Assembly (NCBI GenBank): GCA_963790305.1
Contig: CAWBOC010000005.1
Coordinates: forward strand, 64,001-128,000
Length of the DNA: 64,000 bases
Reading direction: 5' to 3'
Origin: an uncultured Gemmatimonadaceae bacterium
GTDB taxonomy: Bacteria > Gemmatimonadota > Gemmatimonadetes > Gemmatimonadales > Gemmatimonadaceae
Each line of letters begins with the position of its first letter. The stretch's first letter is position 1. Under the pieces are notes generated by a model. It saw only the letters and a program-made list of their open reading frames with translations. It did not search any database and was not told the DNA's origin. Shown in pieces: positions 8,581 to 18,730 of the stretch. The position numbers were made by a program, and so were the translations under genes.

Positions 8581-9342
8581 TCAGGCCGGGCCCGGTCTTG
8601 AACGGATGAAACCGGCGTACCCACCCGGGGTGAAGCCGGTGCCGCTCCGGAAGGAGCGATTCAAGTGGCTCTGATCGGCGAAACCCGCCTGAAAGGCGAC
8701 CATCGAAAGAGGCAGTGAGGATGATGCGATGAGGTCGGCCGCGCGCGTCACCCGACCGCGCTGAAGGTACGACACGACCGACGAGCCGAAGTAGCGACGG
8801 AACTGCCTCGCCAGGTACACCGGGTGAACGCCCGCACGTGCGGCAATGTCGCGGACCCGCACGCCCGAGCCCACGTCGTCCATTTCCTCGCGCACTCGCG
8901 CGAGCCACCGCGGCGGCTCGCGGCGCGTCTCGTCGGCCAGCTCGCGCAGCGACGAAAGCACGTCGGTCACGCCGCGCTCGAGGAGGACGTCATCGTTCGG
9001 GCTCGTCCGGAGCAGCGCCAGCAGACGGAGGAACGCGGGCACCGCCGGGCCCCCATGCGTCCAGCGCCACTGGCGCGCTGCCGGCTCCCATTCCCGAAGC
9101 GATGCCGCTTCCTGTCCCGTTAGGCCGATCTGGACCGTTCGCGTGCCCCGCGGCCCGAATTGATCGGCATGCTCGGTGTCACCGGGCTTGACGACGATGC
9201 TCAGCGCACGCGCGGTCTCCTGCGCGCTGCCCACGGTCTCACGCAGCGACCCGGCGATCACGAGGGTCACCGTCGTTTCGGCGTGCGCGTGGCGCGGCTG
9301 CAGAAGATGAGGCCCGTAGCTGACCTCCCGAACTCGCGTCAC
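8581..9342 (-). CDS. AraC family transcriptional regulator
   Basis: Cupin HAH plus IAARAGVHPVYLARQFRR and GFADQSHLNRSF. Confidence 0.9.
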   Translation of the reverse strand: MTRVREVSYGPHLLQPRHAHAETTVTLVIAGSLRETVGSAQETARALSIVVKPGDTEHADQFGPRGTRTVQIGLTGQEAASLREWEPAARQWRWTHGGPAVPAFLRLLALLRTSPNDDVLLERGVTDVLSSLRELADETRREPPRWLARVREEMDDVGSGVRVRDIAARAGVHPVYLARQFRRYFGSSVVSYLQRGRVTRAADLIASSSLPLSMVAFQAGFADQSHLNRSFRSGTGFTPGGYAGFIRSRPGPA

Positions 9343-10655
9343 TTGTATCGGACTCCGTGCTTCATCACCAGGTCCACCCTCTGCAACAGATCGATGTACC
9401 GCAACACATCGCCTCTCACCGCGATGATGTCCGCGTACTTCCCCTCACTGATCGTTCCGACATCCCGATCCACCTTCATTGCCACCGCCGGCCAGTAGGT
9501 CGCCGCGCGAATCACCGTCATCGGATCGACACCCAGCCGGTTCACCCAGACGTCGAGCTCATTCCAGGTCGCCATCGCGTGGAACTTCATCGGTATCCCG
9601 GCATCGGTCCCGATGAGCAGTACGACGCCCGACTCCCGGAGCTGCGAGAACTTCCGTGCCAGCGTCGGCCGCCGGCTCGGCGTCATTTGGAAGTACGAAA
9701 GTCGTTCCGGGTGCTCGATCGAGCGTCGGATGTCCGCCACGATCGAGTCGGGCAACCCCTCGTGCCACGACGGATCGTCGAGCTTCTCGGGGTTGTCGCG
9801 AACGTACTCGTAGTTGAACAGCCCTTCGATCGTTGGAGTCCAGAAGAGCGGTCCGGCGTTGCCGCGCGCCGTCCGCTCTCGAATCATAGCCACGATATCG
9901 GCCGGATACTCGGCCGCCGTGGCGAGCCCGGTATGCTCGAAGTCGTCCACACCGGCGGCAAGGCCGCGCCGAATCTCCTCGGGGCGATGCGAGTGTGCGA
10001 CGACCGGAAGGCCTCGCGCGTGCGCTTCCTCCACCACCGCGCGTACTTCCTCCATCGTCATCTGATCCTGGTCGATGAGCTTGATGACATCGACGCCCGC
10101 ATCGGCCAGTCGCTTGACCTTGGCGCGAGCGTCGTTAGGCCCCTTCACCCCCCATCGAAATGCCTCGGTGCCCGGATATGGCGCGTGCTGGATGAACGGA
10201 CCGGACACGTACAGCGTGGGACCCGGGATCTTCCCGGCCTTGATCGCATCCCGCACGCTGATGCTCGCCTCGAGCGGCGCGCCGAGGTCGCGAGCGCTGG
10301 TGACTCCCGCGAGCAGCAACTGCTTCGCGGAGGCCGGCATGATCACGCTCGCGAAGAGCGACGGGTAGGTGCGGTCCCAGTGCGCGTAGTCCGCATGCCC
10401 GTTGATCATCAGGTGGACGTGCATGTCCCAGAGCCCCGGAAGCACGCTCATTCCTTCGGTGGAGATGACTTCCGCGCCCGGCGGTACGGTGAGCCTTCCC
10501 ACCTGTCCCACCGCCTCGATGCGCTCGCCCCGCACGATGATGACCGAATTGCGCAGCGGCGGTCCGCCATGCCCGTCGATCAGGGTGCCGCCGACGAGCG
10601 CCTTGAGTGGCGCGTTCTGCGCGAGGAGAACGGAGAGGAGAATGGTTGCGAGCAT
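9339..10655 (-). CDS. Secreted amidohydrolase
   Basis: PGLWDMHVH, GTDAG, GKYADIIAV. Confidence 0.9.
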   Translation of the reverse strand: MLATILLSVLLAQNAPLKALVGGTLIDGHGGPPLRNSVIIVRGERIEAVGQVGRLTVPPGAEVISTEGMSVLPGLWDMHVHLMINGHADYAHWDRTYPSLFASVIMPASAKQLLLAGVTSARDLGAPLEASISVRDAIKAGKIPGPTLYVSGPFIQHAPYPGTEAFRWGVKGPNDARAKVKRLADAGVDVIKLIDQDQMTMEEVRAVVEEAHARGLPVVAHSHRPEEIRRGLAAGVDDFEHTGLATAAEYPADIVAMIRERTARGNAGPLFWTPTIEGLFNYEYVRDNPEKLDDPSWHEGLPDSIVADIRRSIEHPERLSYFQMTPSRRPTLARKFSQLRESGVVLLIGTDAGIPMKFHAMATWNELDVWVNRLGVDPMTVIRAATYWPAVAMKVDRDVGTISEGKYADIIAVRGDVLRYIDLLQRVDLVMKHGVRYK

Positions 10656-10667
10656 GGGGATCGAAGC

Positions 10668-11285
10668 TCAGGACGACCGATCGATCAACTCACGTAATCG
10701 CGGGAGCTCCGCGTACAGGTTGCGACCGGGACACCGGGTCGACGCGTAGTCCTTGTGTGCACCTAACCGGTCGCCGGGAACGCCGAATCGGCGTGCGAAC
10801 GTCGTGACCAGCGACTCCAGCGCGCGCATCTGCCCCTCGGTGAGCTGCTCGTCCTCGAAGTTGCCTTCGACGACGATGAGCAGATGGCCCGTCGGGTCGT
10901 ACGGCGTATTGCTGTCACCGACGTAGCGCCACGACCGGGCTTCGCCGACCGTGCCGTCCACGGCGATGTAATAATGGTAGGGGATGTCGGCCCACGCCGG
11001 CTTCTTGCGTCCGTCACCCAGGCTGTCGTCTCGCTGCGAGAACGCCTGCAGGCCGCGCAGCTTGTCGGCGAGCGACCGCTCCATGTTCTGACGCGTCGCG
11101 GTGTGATGGATGGTGATTCGCTCAATGCGATGCTCGCGCATCGAGAGTACCGGATCACGCGCGCCCCACTCCGCCCGGCTCACGATCGGTACTTCGGCGA
11201 CCGCGGGGGTTGGAGTTCCGCGGGACGCGCACGCTCCCACGGCGACTGCGAGAGCGACAAGAGAGCAATGTCGGGTGCGATGCAT
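10668..11285 (-). CDS. PGRP/Amidase_2 N-acetylmuramoyl-L-alanine amidase lipoprotein
   Basis: IVSRAEWGA, ITIHHT, WADIPYHY, HKDY..T.CPG. Confidence 0.85.
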   Translation of the reverse strand: MHRTRHCSLVALAVAVGACASRGTPTPAVAEVPIVSRAEWGARDPVLSMREHRIERITIHHTATRQNMERSLADKLRGLQAFSQRDDSLGDGRKKPAWADIPYHYYIAVDGTVGEARSWRYVGDSNTPYDPTGHLLIVVEGNFEDEQLTEGQMRALESLVTTFARRFGVPGDRLGAHKDYASTRCPGRNLYAELPRLRELIDRSS

Positions 11286-11291
11286 CGTCCC

Positions 11292-12410
11292 TCAGCGTCG
11301 ACAGTGAAAGAGCGATAGACCTTCGACGGGCTCGTCGACGGTGAGCTTCGCCACCATCTCCCCGATGGCGGTGGCGAACTTGAAGCCATGCCCGGAGCAT
11401 GGGCTGGCGATCACGACCTCGGAGTGCGCGGGGTGATGGTCGATCACGAAGTGCCCATCCGACGTGTTGGTGTACAGACAGACGGCGCGATCGCGAAGCT
11501 CACCGGCGGCGTCGGGGAGAAACCGTTCAACGAGCCCACGCGCAGTCGCGTCCTCCTGTTCGGTAATCGTGCGTCGAACCCGCTGCGGATCGGTGATCTC
11601 TCCATCGTGATGCACGGCGATCTTGACCCCGTCACCAAAGTCGGGAATCGTGTAGAACATGCCGCCCGACGTTTCCCACAGGGCGATCGGCAACGCCTCC
11701 GGCGCGAAGCGCTCGGCCTGCGCTCTTGGCGTGAACCAGTGCTGCATCTGCCGTTCGACTGCGAGCTGAATCTGCGCCCCGTTGAGAAACTCGGGAAGCC
11801 AGGGGCCCAACGCGAGCACGAGCCGGTCGGCGATGTGCTCGCCAATGGCCGTCGCAACCCGCACGACGCCGCGCTCCACACGCCAGCTCAACATCGCCTC
11901 GCCAGCTCGGACGCTGGCGCCATCGCGCGCCGCGCAGGTGAGCAGCGCACGAACGCACGCTTCCGGAAAGAGGACACCGGCACGCGGCTCGAGGAGGGCC
12001 ACCGCGTCCGGCTCCGGAACCAGCACCGGGAATCGGCGTCGCACCTCGGCGGACGTCAGCATCTCGTGAGGCAGCCCGTGCTGCTCGGCCGACGTCAGCG
12101 CGCCAACAACGAGCTCACCATTCTCTGGACCGATCATGAGGCCGCCGGTCCGCACGAACAGCCGCTCACCCACCTCGCGCTCGAGCTCCTCCCACATGCG
12201 GCTGGCGCGCTGAACGAGCGGGACGTAGGCGGGATCCTCGAAGTACGCCTCCCGGGTGATCCGGGTGCGGCCGTGGGTCGAGCCGTGCGCGTGCGGCGGC
12301 GCATAACGATCGAGTCCCAAAACGCGAAGGCCGCGGCGCGCGAGCTCACGCACCGCGGCACTTCCCATCGCGCCGAGGCCGGTGACGATGACGTCCCAGC
12401 GCTCGGACAC
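11292..12410 (-). CDS. solA: N-methyl-L-tryptophan/sarcosine oxidase
   Basis: GLGAMGS, GSTHGRTRITREAYFEDP, CSGHGFKF. Confidence 0.85.
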   Translation of the reverse strand: MSERWDVIVTGLGAMGSAAVRELARRGLRVLGLDRYAPPHAHGSTHGRTRITREAYFEDPAYVPLVQRASRMWEELEREVGERLFVRTGGLMIGPENGELVVGALTSAEQHGLPHEMLTSAEVRRRFPVLVPEPDAVALLEPRAGVLFPEACVRALLTCAARDGASVRAGEAMLSWRVERGVVRVATAIGEHIADRLVLALGPWLPEFLNGAQIQLAVERQMQHWFTPRAQAERFAPEALPIALWETSGGMFYTIPDFGDGVKIAVHHDGEITDPQRVRRTITEQEDATARGLVERFLPDAAGELRDRAVCLYTNTSDGHFVIDHHPAHSEVVIASPCSGHGFKFATAIGEMVAKLTVDEPVEGLSLFHCRR

Positions 12411-12413
12411 TGC

Positions 12414-13238
12414 TCAGCGCTGGAAGCTGATTCCCAGGCCGATCATCGACTTGGCATCGTCGAGCATCACCTTCTTGAAGCCGACGTCGAGTGACAGGCC
12501 CGACGCGAAACCGAACGAGACGCCGCCGCCAAGCGCGAACGCCGTTCCCGACTCGGTCTCCTCGCCCGAGCCGAAGGTGCTCTCGACATTGAACTTGGTC
12601 TGGCCCCAGAAGAAAGCCGGCTCGATGAATGGCGTGATGGAGATGGTGCCGCTCCTGGCGACGAGGGCAAAAGGAACTCCCACGCCGACGGAGATCCCGC
12701 GTGCAGCTATCTGGATCACTTCGCCTCCGAGGTTGGCATCGATCACGTCCCCGCTTCCAAAGCCGGCAGACGCGTTCAATCCGAGCACGAAGGATTGCCC
12801 CGAGTCACCTGTGCCGATGGGATTGATGAGGAGGGGTGCTGCGAACCGTCCGCCGAACATGAAGGCACTCTCGCAGTTGACCTCAGCCTCCGGAATGTCG
12901 CAGGTGAAGTCGGCATATCCGGCGGTGAGACCGATGCTGGCCGTCCCCATTGGAATGTCGATGCCGACGCCGAAATTCCGGCGACCCGCGTCGCCTTCTT
13001 CGTCCATGCTGCCGAATCGAAAGTTGAACCCGATCCCGCTGACAGTCCGTCCGAGCCAGCTCGCGGGCAGCTGCGTTGGCAGCGCGCCGAAGGGGGTGAT
13101 GGTAGCCGCGCCGCAGGCTGCGGCCTCGTTGAAATCGGGATCCTCCTGGTCGAGGCCCAGGCAGAATTGCGCCGCGGCAGGCGCCGAGGCTAGCGGCAGC
13201 GCGAGGAGCGCCAATAACGTGACGTACTTGATGCGCAT
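12414..13238 (-). CDS. Outer-membrane beta-barrel protein
   Basis: Signal peptide MRIKYVTLLALL, alternating beta strands, C-terminal GLGISF. Confidence 0.7.
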   Translation of the reverse strand: MRIKYVTLLALLALPLASAPAAAQFCLGLDQEDPDFNEAAACGAATITPFGALPTQLPASWLGRTVSGIGFNFRFGSMDEEGDAGRRNFGVGIDIPMGTASIGLTAGYADFTCDIPEAEVNCESAFMFGGRFAAPLLINPIGTGDSGQSFVLGLNASAGFGSGDVIDANLGGEVIQIAARGISVGVGVPFALVARSGTISITPFIEPAFFWGQTKFNVESTFGSGEETESGTAFALGGGVSFGFASGLSLDVGFKKVMLDDAKSMIGLGISFQR

Positions 13239-13329
13239 GGGGTCTCCGATGCGGTAAGTTGCGTGGGGGCCGCAGCGTCGCGGCACCCGACATGATAGAG
13301 GGCTCGCCCTCTGGCGCAATCCCCTCCGA

Positions 13330-13364
13330 TGACACTGACTTCCGACGTCTGAGTCCTGACGTCC
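13330..13364. repeat. Solo heptamer arm (CTGACNN type)
   Basis: tgacactgacttccgacgtctgagtcctgacgtcc. Confidence 0.6.
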
Positions 13365-13377
13365 CTGGATGTACTCA

Positions 13378-14385
13378 ATGACAATTGCCCTATACCGCTC
13401 CACCACTCTTGTCCTCGCGCTTCCGGTGCTCTCGGCCTGCAGCACGATACGGGAGATGTTCCCGTCGCGTGAGGAAGTCTTCAAGCCGATCCCGGTGACC
13501 ATTGGGGACGTGCGCGTGATCGGCGAGGACACGGTCTACGTGCTCGAGTCCCCGGAGTACGAGCTCGTCGCACCAATGCGCGAGCTTCTGCCCAATGCAC
13601 GCAAGGCCCTCGATCACACCGCGCGCGAATACCGTCGCGTCTTTGGCGACGATCCGCAAAAGATCGTGGTCGAGCTGCGCGCGGTGTCGCGCGACCGCGT
13701 GGCGGACGGCTGGATCCCCGACACGGTAGAGCCCAACGAAGGGCCACGCCGCGCCGTCGCTCCCGCCATCGTCCCGGAGAAGCGCTCATCGCGTGCGCCG
13801 GTGGCTCCCGCAGGATTCCTGATGATGCGCGCCGCGCGCGCCTGGCTGCTTGCCCGCGCCGATTACCGCGTTGGCCGCTCACCCTCGGCGCCCACCGCAC
13901 AGGTTCGTTTTGGCGACGACGCACGCATCCCCGACTGGGTCGAGGATGCGCTCACCGAGCTGATCGGCGGATCACCGGCGCAGGAGATGTACGTGGCGCG
14001 CCTTGCTGAACGCGCGGAAACGGTGTCGTTGCGCGATGTGCTCGAGGCGACGCGACCGGAGCCCACGAAGGACGCGCAGCGTCGCGCTCAGCTTCCGCCG
14101 ACGTCAGCAACGCGACCTGCCGGCGGTGTCTTCATGGGCGGGCCAGCGAGCCGCGACCGGGGGAAGCTGGAGGGCGCGGAGCTCTTCCGCGCGCAGGCGG
14201 TCGCCTTCGCGATCTTCCTCGCCGAGCACGAGGGCCGCGAGTTCCTCGGCACCGTCACCGACCGCCTGCTCTCGGGCGAGTCCGCCGAGACGGCGCTCAC
14301 CGCCGCGACGACGTTGCCTGACGATTTGGCGGGGATGGAGAAAGCGTGGAAGGATTGGCTGAGAAAGCTGGCTGCGCGGAACTAG
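13378..14385 (+). CDS. Hypothetical lipoprotein (possible peptidase-MA-like fold)
   Basis: LSA-C lipobox, IPDWVEDAL, terminal EKAWKDWL. Confidence 0.7.
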   Translation: MTIALYRSTTLVLALPVLSACSTIREMFPSREEVFKPIPVTIGDVRVIGEDTVYVLESPEYELVAPMRELLPNARKALDHTAREYRRVFGDDPQKIVVELRAVSRDRVADGWIPDTVEPNEGPRRAVAPAIVPEKRSSRAPVAPAGFLMMRAARAWLLARADYRVGRSPSAPTAQVRFGDDARIPDWVEDALTELIGGSPAQEMYVARLAERAETVSLRDVLEATRPEPTKDAQRRAQLPPTSATRPAGGVFMGGPASRDRGKLEGAELFRAQAVAFAIFLAEHEGREFLGTVTDRLLSGESAETALTAATTLPDDLAGMEKAWKDWLRKLAARN

Positions 14386-14517
14386 GAGTCAGGAGTCAGG
14401 GGTCAGGGATCGGGGGAGTTAGGGAAAGACAAGGGGAAAGGAGAGCGAAGCTGTTCTCCTTTCCCCTTTGTTTGCCCTGACTCCCCCTGATCCCTGATCC
14501 CTGACTCCTGGCGCCTA
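14383..14517. repeat. Family A element copy A4 with a 14-bp perfect internal hairpin
   Basis: Heptamer arms plus aaggggaaaggaga/tctcctttcccctt; between convergent stops. Confidence 0.92.
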
Positions 14518-17121
14518 GTAATTGAACCAGTACGACGCCTTGATGAGAAACGTATTGTTCGGATGCAGCGCGAACAGATCTCTGTAGTCCTGGATTCCCT
14601 CGAAGTCGGACGGGCGGCCGACGTCGCGGAAGCGGCCCTGCTGCCACACGAAGAAGATCGTTGAGCCGGGGCGGTATTCCCAGCGCACGACGGCGTTGGT
14701 GTTGAGCTGCTTGAAGTCGAAGCCTCCCGGATCGCACGGAGTTGCGCTCGCGGCTCCATCGCAATCGCGCGTGAACGGCTGGAATCGGCCTTCGTACGAC
14801 ACGTTCTGCGGATCGGTGAGATCGCGGAGGTTCATGAACGTGCCCTTCGAGATGAAGGGCTGCGCGTAGAACTGGAGCGAGAGGTTCGGCGTCGCCGTGA
14901 AGTTGATGCGGGTCGTAACGTTCACCGTCGTTTGATCGAGCTCGGCGAAGGCGTAGTGCGTCGAGTCATGGCCGGTCGCGCCGAAGCGATCGAAGAACTG
15001 ATCGTCTTCGTGCTGCCACTCGTAATAGAAGTACACCCCGCCGTTGAACCGCGTCGAGAAGCGATAGTTGAACGACGGCTCCACCCAGTGACCCTTGCTC
15101 TGCCCTTCGTTGTTGCGCCAGGTGCCACCGAACAGGAAGGGAGTGATCTGCCACCGCGAATCCCCCTCCACGCCAGTCCAGACGTCGTAGCTCGCGTCAC
15201 GGCGGATGGCCGGGCCGCCGCGCGAGTTGCGATCATCATAGCTGCGACCGGCGAAATCGCTGACGGTGATTCCCCAGTTCAACCACCACTGGTTCTGGAG
15301 CTGGACATGCCAGTTGGTGTTCACGCCTTCGCGTGTCGGCAAGCCCTCCGACGACCAGTAGCGCCAGTAGTTGCTATTGAAGTTCGCGCGACGCCAGTAC
15401 TTGGTGGGCTTGGTGAATTGCAACGCGAACCAGTTGCGGAACATGATCTCGTCGGCACGCTGGAGCCAGCCGAGGTCGTTGAGCTCATACCCGGTCGAGT
15501 AGCGTTGCAGCACGCTCTGGAACCGCGTGATGCCGCCACCGAACTTGCTCATCGAGATGCGCTGCGCGTCTCCGATGAGATTGTCCTGGGTCGGATCATA
15601 TTCAGCGTCGTCATCCGGCCGCTGGTAGTAGTGCACGCTGCTGCGCTGAATGCTCGCGATCGCCTCCGGGTCGCCGCGCACCGTGCTCCCGGAGAGCATG
15701 GCAGCGACCTCGTAGTTGTTGCTCCAGAAGCGGTGCCGGCCGTCGAGGCCGATCGCGTACGCCTCACGAGCCATCGCCGGCCTGGTGACCGCATCGAGGC
15801 GACGGTTCACGGCCGTCATCATCAGGCCAATGTCGCTCGAGCCCTTGTTCAGATCCTGACGCAGGCGAGCCACCGCATAGTTCGTCTGTGGCTCGATCGT
15901 CGTGCCTTCCGCACCAACCTCGTGCTGCGTGAGGGCATTCAGAAACCCGACCGATAGCCCGCTGCCTAACCGTCCCGTGATTTTCGTGGCGCCGAGAATC
16001 GTGGTCGCCAGTGCATCCCCCGAGGCGCCGCCGAGCCCGGGGGCGCGGCCGATACGCCGCGAGTAGAACAGCCCGCGACAACCCGTGTCGATGTCCTGAC
16101 AGTTGGTCCGGAAGGTGAAGATGCCCATCCCTTCGAGAAAGAACGGCCGGCGCTCCTCGCGGAACGTCTCGAACGCGGTGAGGTTGAGCGTCGCCGGGTC
16201 GGCCTCGACCTGTCCGAAGTCGGGATTGATCGTCGCATCGAGCGTCAGGTTCGACGACAACCCGTACTTGATGTCGGCGCCGTAGGATCCGAGCGTCGGA
16301 TGGGTGTAGGTCTCGCGACCGGTGGCGTCCTCGCCTTCGTTCGTCACGCTCTTGACGACGGCGTACGGCGCGATCTCGAGGCGGCGCGGCGTCGGAATGT
16401 TCGTGATCCCGCCGATCTCGCCCGACTGCGAGACGTATCCCTGCTTCGATCGGCTATAGAGCGGCCAGCTGATGCGCGCGTTGGTACGAGCAATGTCGCG
16501 CACGATCATGAGGCCGAAGGTGTGCTCCGGCTTGTTCGCGAACCGCAGCTGACTGAACGGAATGCGGAACTCGGCAACCCAGCCCACGCTGTCGATGGTG
16601 GTGGCGACGTCCCACACCGCATCCCACGAGGCATCCTCGACGTTGTCATTGTAGACGTAGAAGTCCCGCTTGACGCCGGCGGGATTCACGCAGAACTGAT
16701 AGGCCGTGCGCTTGTCGTTGTACGAATCGATCACGAGCTTCACCTGCTCGGACTGCGTGCGCACGTCGCGCCGAGAGAGGAGCGAGATGATGCTGTCGGG
16801 TGCCGGGTCGTACATGCGCACGAGGACGTAGAGGTTCTTGTCATCGAACGTCACGCGCGCTTCGGTCTTGAAGCGCGTCTCGGCGCCCTCGGTGGGCTCG
16901 TACTCGAGGAACTTGTCAATGACCTGGGCCTGCGCCCACGCCGGATCGTCGGTGCGTCCATCGAGCACCGGAGCAATGGTGGCGCGGCTCGCGCTGGCGA
17001 TACGTGCATCGGCAAGGCCGGCAATGGCGACGCTGGTCGGCGGTGCACCATTCGAGGCAAGGATTTGCGCGGCCGCCAGGGAGGGTGCGACGGCGAGCGC
17101 GAACAGAACGAAGCGAAGCAT
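14515..17121 (-). CDS. CBM9-like/DUF5916 outer-membrane protein
   Basis: PVLDGRTDDPAW, TINPDFGQVEAD, ERRPFFLEG, RWEYRPGS, terminal YWFNY. Confidence 0.85.
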   Translation of the reverse strand: MLRFVLFALAVAPSLAAAQILASNGAPPTSVAIAGLADARIASASRATIAPVLDGRTDDPAWAQAQVIDKFLEYEPTEGAETRFKTEARVTFDDKNLYVLVRMYDPAPDSIISLLSRRDVRTQSEQVKLVIDSYNDKRTAYQFCVNPAGVKRDFYVYNDNVEDASWDAVWDVATTIDSVGWVAEFRIPFSQLRFANKPEHTFGLMIVRDIARTNARISWPLYSRSKQGYVSQSGEIGGITNIPTPRRLEIAPYAVVKSVTNEGEDATGRETYTHPTLGSYGADIKYGLSSNLTLDATINPDFGQVEADPATLNLTAFETFREERRPFFLEGMGIFTFRTNCQDIDTGCRGLFYSRRIGRAPGLGGASGDALATTILGATKITGRLGSGLSVGFLNALTQHEVGAEGTTIEPQTNYAVARLRQDLNKGSSDIGLMMTAVNRRLDAVTRPAMAREAYAIGLDGRHRFWSNNYEVAAMLSGSTVRGDPEAIASIQRSSVHYYQRPDDDAEYDPTQDNLIGDAQRISMSKFGGGITRFQSVLQRYSTGYELNDLGWLQRADEIMFRNWFALQFTKPTKYWRRANFNSNYWRYWSSEGLPTREGVNTNWHVQLQNQWWLNWGITVSDFAGRSYDDRNSRGGPAIRRDASYDVWTGVEGDSRWQITPFLFGGTWRNNEGQSKGHWVEPSFNYRFSTRFNGGVYFYYEWQHEDDQFFDRFGATGHDSTHYAFAELDQTTVNVTTRINFTATPNLSLQFYAQPFISKGTFMNLRDLTDPQNVSYEGRFQPFTRDCDGAASATPCDPGGFDFKQLNTNAVVRWEYRPGSTIFFVWQQGRFRDVGRPSDFEGIQDYRDLFALHPNNTFLIKASYWFNY

Positions 17122-17273
17122 GAAGGGAGCTCCCCGAGTGATTCGTGGCCGCGGACAATGGGTGTATCGTCGCGCTGGCCCCGGCTAATCCGGGGATGCG
17201 ACAACCGGGGGTGCTAGAAGGTTGGCACCCCCTTGGAGCTAAAGCGTCTGTAAGTCGTAAGGAATGTGAAAAA

Positions 17274-17370
17274 GAGGTCGTCGAGGGTGTCGAGGTCGTC
17301 GAGGCAATCGAGGGAACGTCGTCGCCTCTCCTCGATCACGTCGACGACCTCGACATCCTTGATCACCTTG
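17274..17370. repeat. Palindromic element family C (9-mer GTCGAGGTN arms), copy C1
   Basis: gtcgagggtgtcgaggtcgtcgagg ... cctcgatcacgtcgacgacctcgac. Confidence 0.88.
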
Positions 17371-18652
17371 AGGTTGCGAGATCACCTGGCAACCGCGGAG
17401 TGCTCAACAGCTCACCGAACCGCTGCCACCGCTCGGCCGGCGTCGCAACGCGCTCCACGTACGCTTTCACTAGATCCTGGCCGAGGTTGTAGTTGATCAC
17501 GTAGCTGCGGTACGTGTCGAAGAAGCGGACGCGTTGGCGCGCACGCTCGGGTGACGACAACGAATAGCGGACCAGCCAGTCGGCGGCCTGCTCGGCCGTG
17601 ATCTGCCCGTTCAGATAGCGTCGCGCCGCTTCGTTGCCGGCGTAGGTGAGCTCGCGCATGAGCTCCTGCACCGTGTAGTAGGCATCCGCTCGTGAGGCAT
17701 CCAGACCGGCGAGCGGAAAGAGCACTGCCTTCTCGTACGCCACGCGCTCCGCCCCGGGGAACGCCATCTCAATGCCGTAATTCGCGCTGCCCTCGGCAAT
17801 GAGCGATTGCGGAGAGAACAACGGATAGACCGAGTACTCCATCCAGCCGCGCTCGCGTACCAGACGATGCTCGAGCAGGGCGTTGTAGACGTGGTGGCCA
17901 GGATATCCCTCGTGACAGGCGAGGTCGACGGCGCGGTCGATGTAGATCGGCAGCTCGACGTTCACCTGAATGAGCGAGCGGTAGTTGCCCTGATACCAGT
18001 TGTATCCGCTCCACGGCTTGTCGATCACGGGCTCGACGGTGAAGCGCTCGCCCGGTGGCAGCACGAGGCGCCGTGACGTACGCGCCTTGCATTCGGCGAT
18101 CGCGGTCGCGAACACGGTGTCGAGCTTCTCACGCGGAATGACGAACGCGCGGCGGAACTCCTCCATCCGCTGGGGCACTGGCCCTGTTCCGGGCAGGAGG
18201 CGCGACAGCGTATCGATCACGCGCTGGAAGTGCGCGTCGTCGTGCGTGGGCGCCACCGCATCGTAGAGCGCCTTCGATTCTTCATCGAAGGTGAATCGCT
18301 GCCCCTGCAGCATGCGCACTCGCGCGCGAAGCGAGCTCAGCTGAGTTCGCAGATATCGATTGCGCAGCGCCGGAAGCTCATCGCCGGCTGGTGCAGGCCC
18401 GAGCTGCGCGAGGCCCACGTCCGCTCGCCGCAGGATTTCGTCCAGCGGCAGCTTCGCCGAGTCGGCGGACGCTTTCCATTCGGGCGGGCCGTAGTACGCG
18501 TCCACGTAGTTGGCGTCGTGCTGACCAACGGCGAGCACGAGCTTGACGTACGATTCGGCGATCGCGTTCATGTTCGGATCGGATTCGGACAGGCGCGCCG
18601 ACGCACAACCGGACAGGAGCGCGGCGGCAAGTAGAGAAATGCGGACAGACAC
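17363..18652 (-). CDS. DUF885-like lipoprotein (putative metalloprotein)
   Basis: HEGYPGHH, AEGSANY; GTG start after AAGGAG; lipobox LSG-C. Confidence 0.8.
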   Translation of the reverse strand: MSVRISLLAAALLSGCASARLSESDPNMNAIAESYVKLVLAVGQHDANYVDAYYGPPEWKASADSAKLPLDEILRRADVGLAQLGPAPAGDELPALRNRYLRTQLSSLRARVRMLQGQRFTFDEESKALYDAVAPTHDDAHFQRVIDTLSRLLPGTGPVPQRMEEFRRAFVIPREKLDTVFATAIAECKARTSRRLVLPPGERFTVEPVIDKPWSGYNWYQGNYRSLIQVNVELPIYIDRAVDLACHEGYPGHHVYNALLEHRLVRERGWMEYSVYPLFSPQSLIAEGSANYGIEMAFPGAERVAYEKAVLFPLAGLDASRADAYYTVQELMRELTYAGNEAARRYLNGQITAEQAADWLVRYSLSSPERARQRVRFFDTYRSYVINYNLGQDLVKAYVERVATPAERWQRFGELLSTPRLPGDLATSR

Positions 18653-18730
18653 GGGAGCTCCTTTCGGGACGAGGTCAATATATGCGGTGCGCACTGTGTG
18701 CCGCCCGTCGGGTGAGCATCATTCACTGAG

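Noticed and set aside
9357..10697. Long antisense/alternative-frame ORFs (also 62274-63626, 44728-46041, 22390-23607 and many others)
   Set aside because: Shadow ORFs expected from high-GC codon bias opposite well-supported genes
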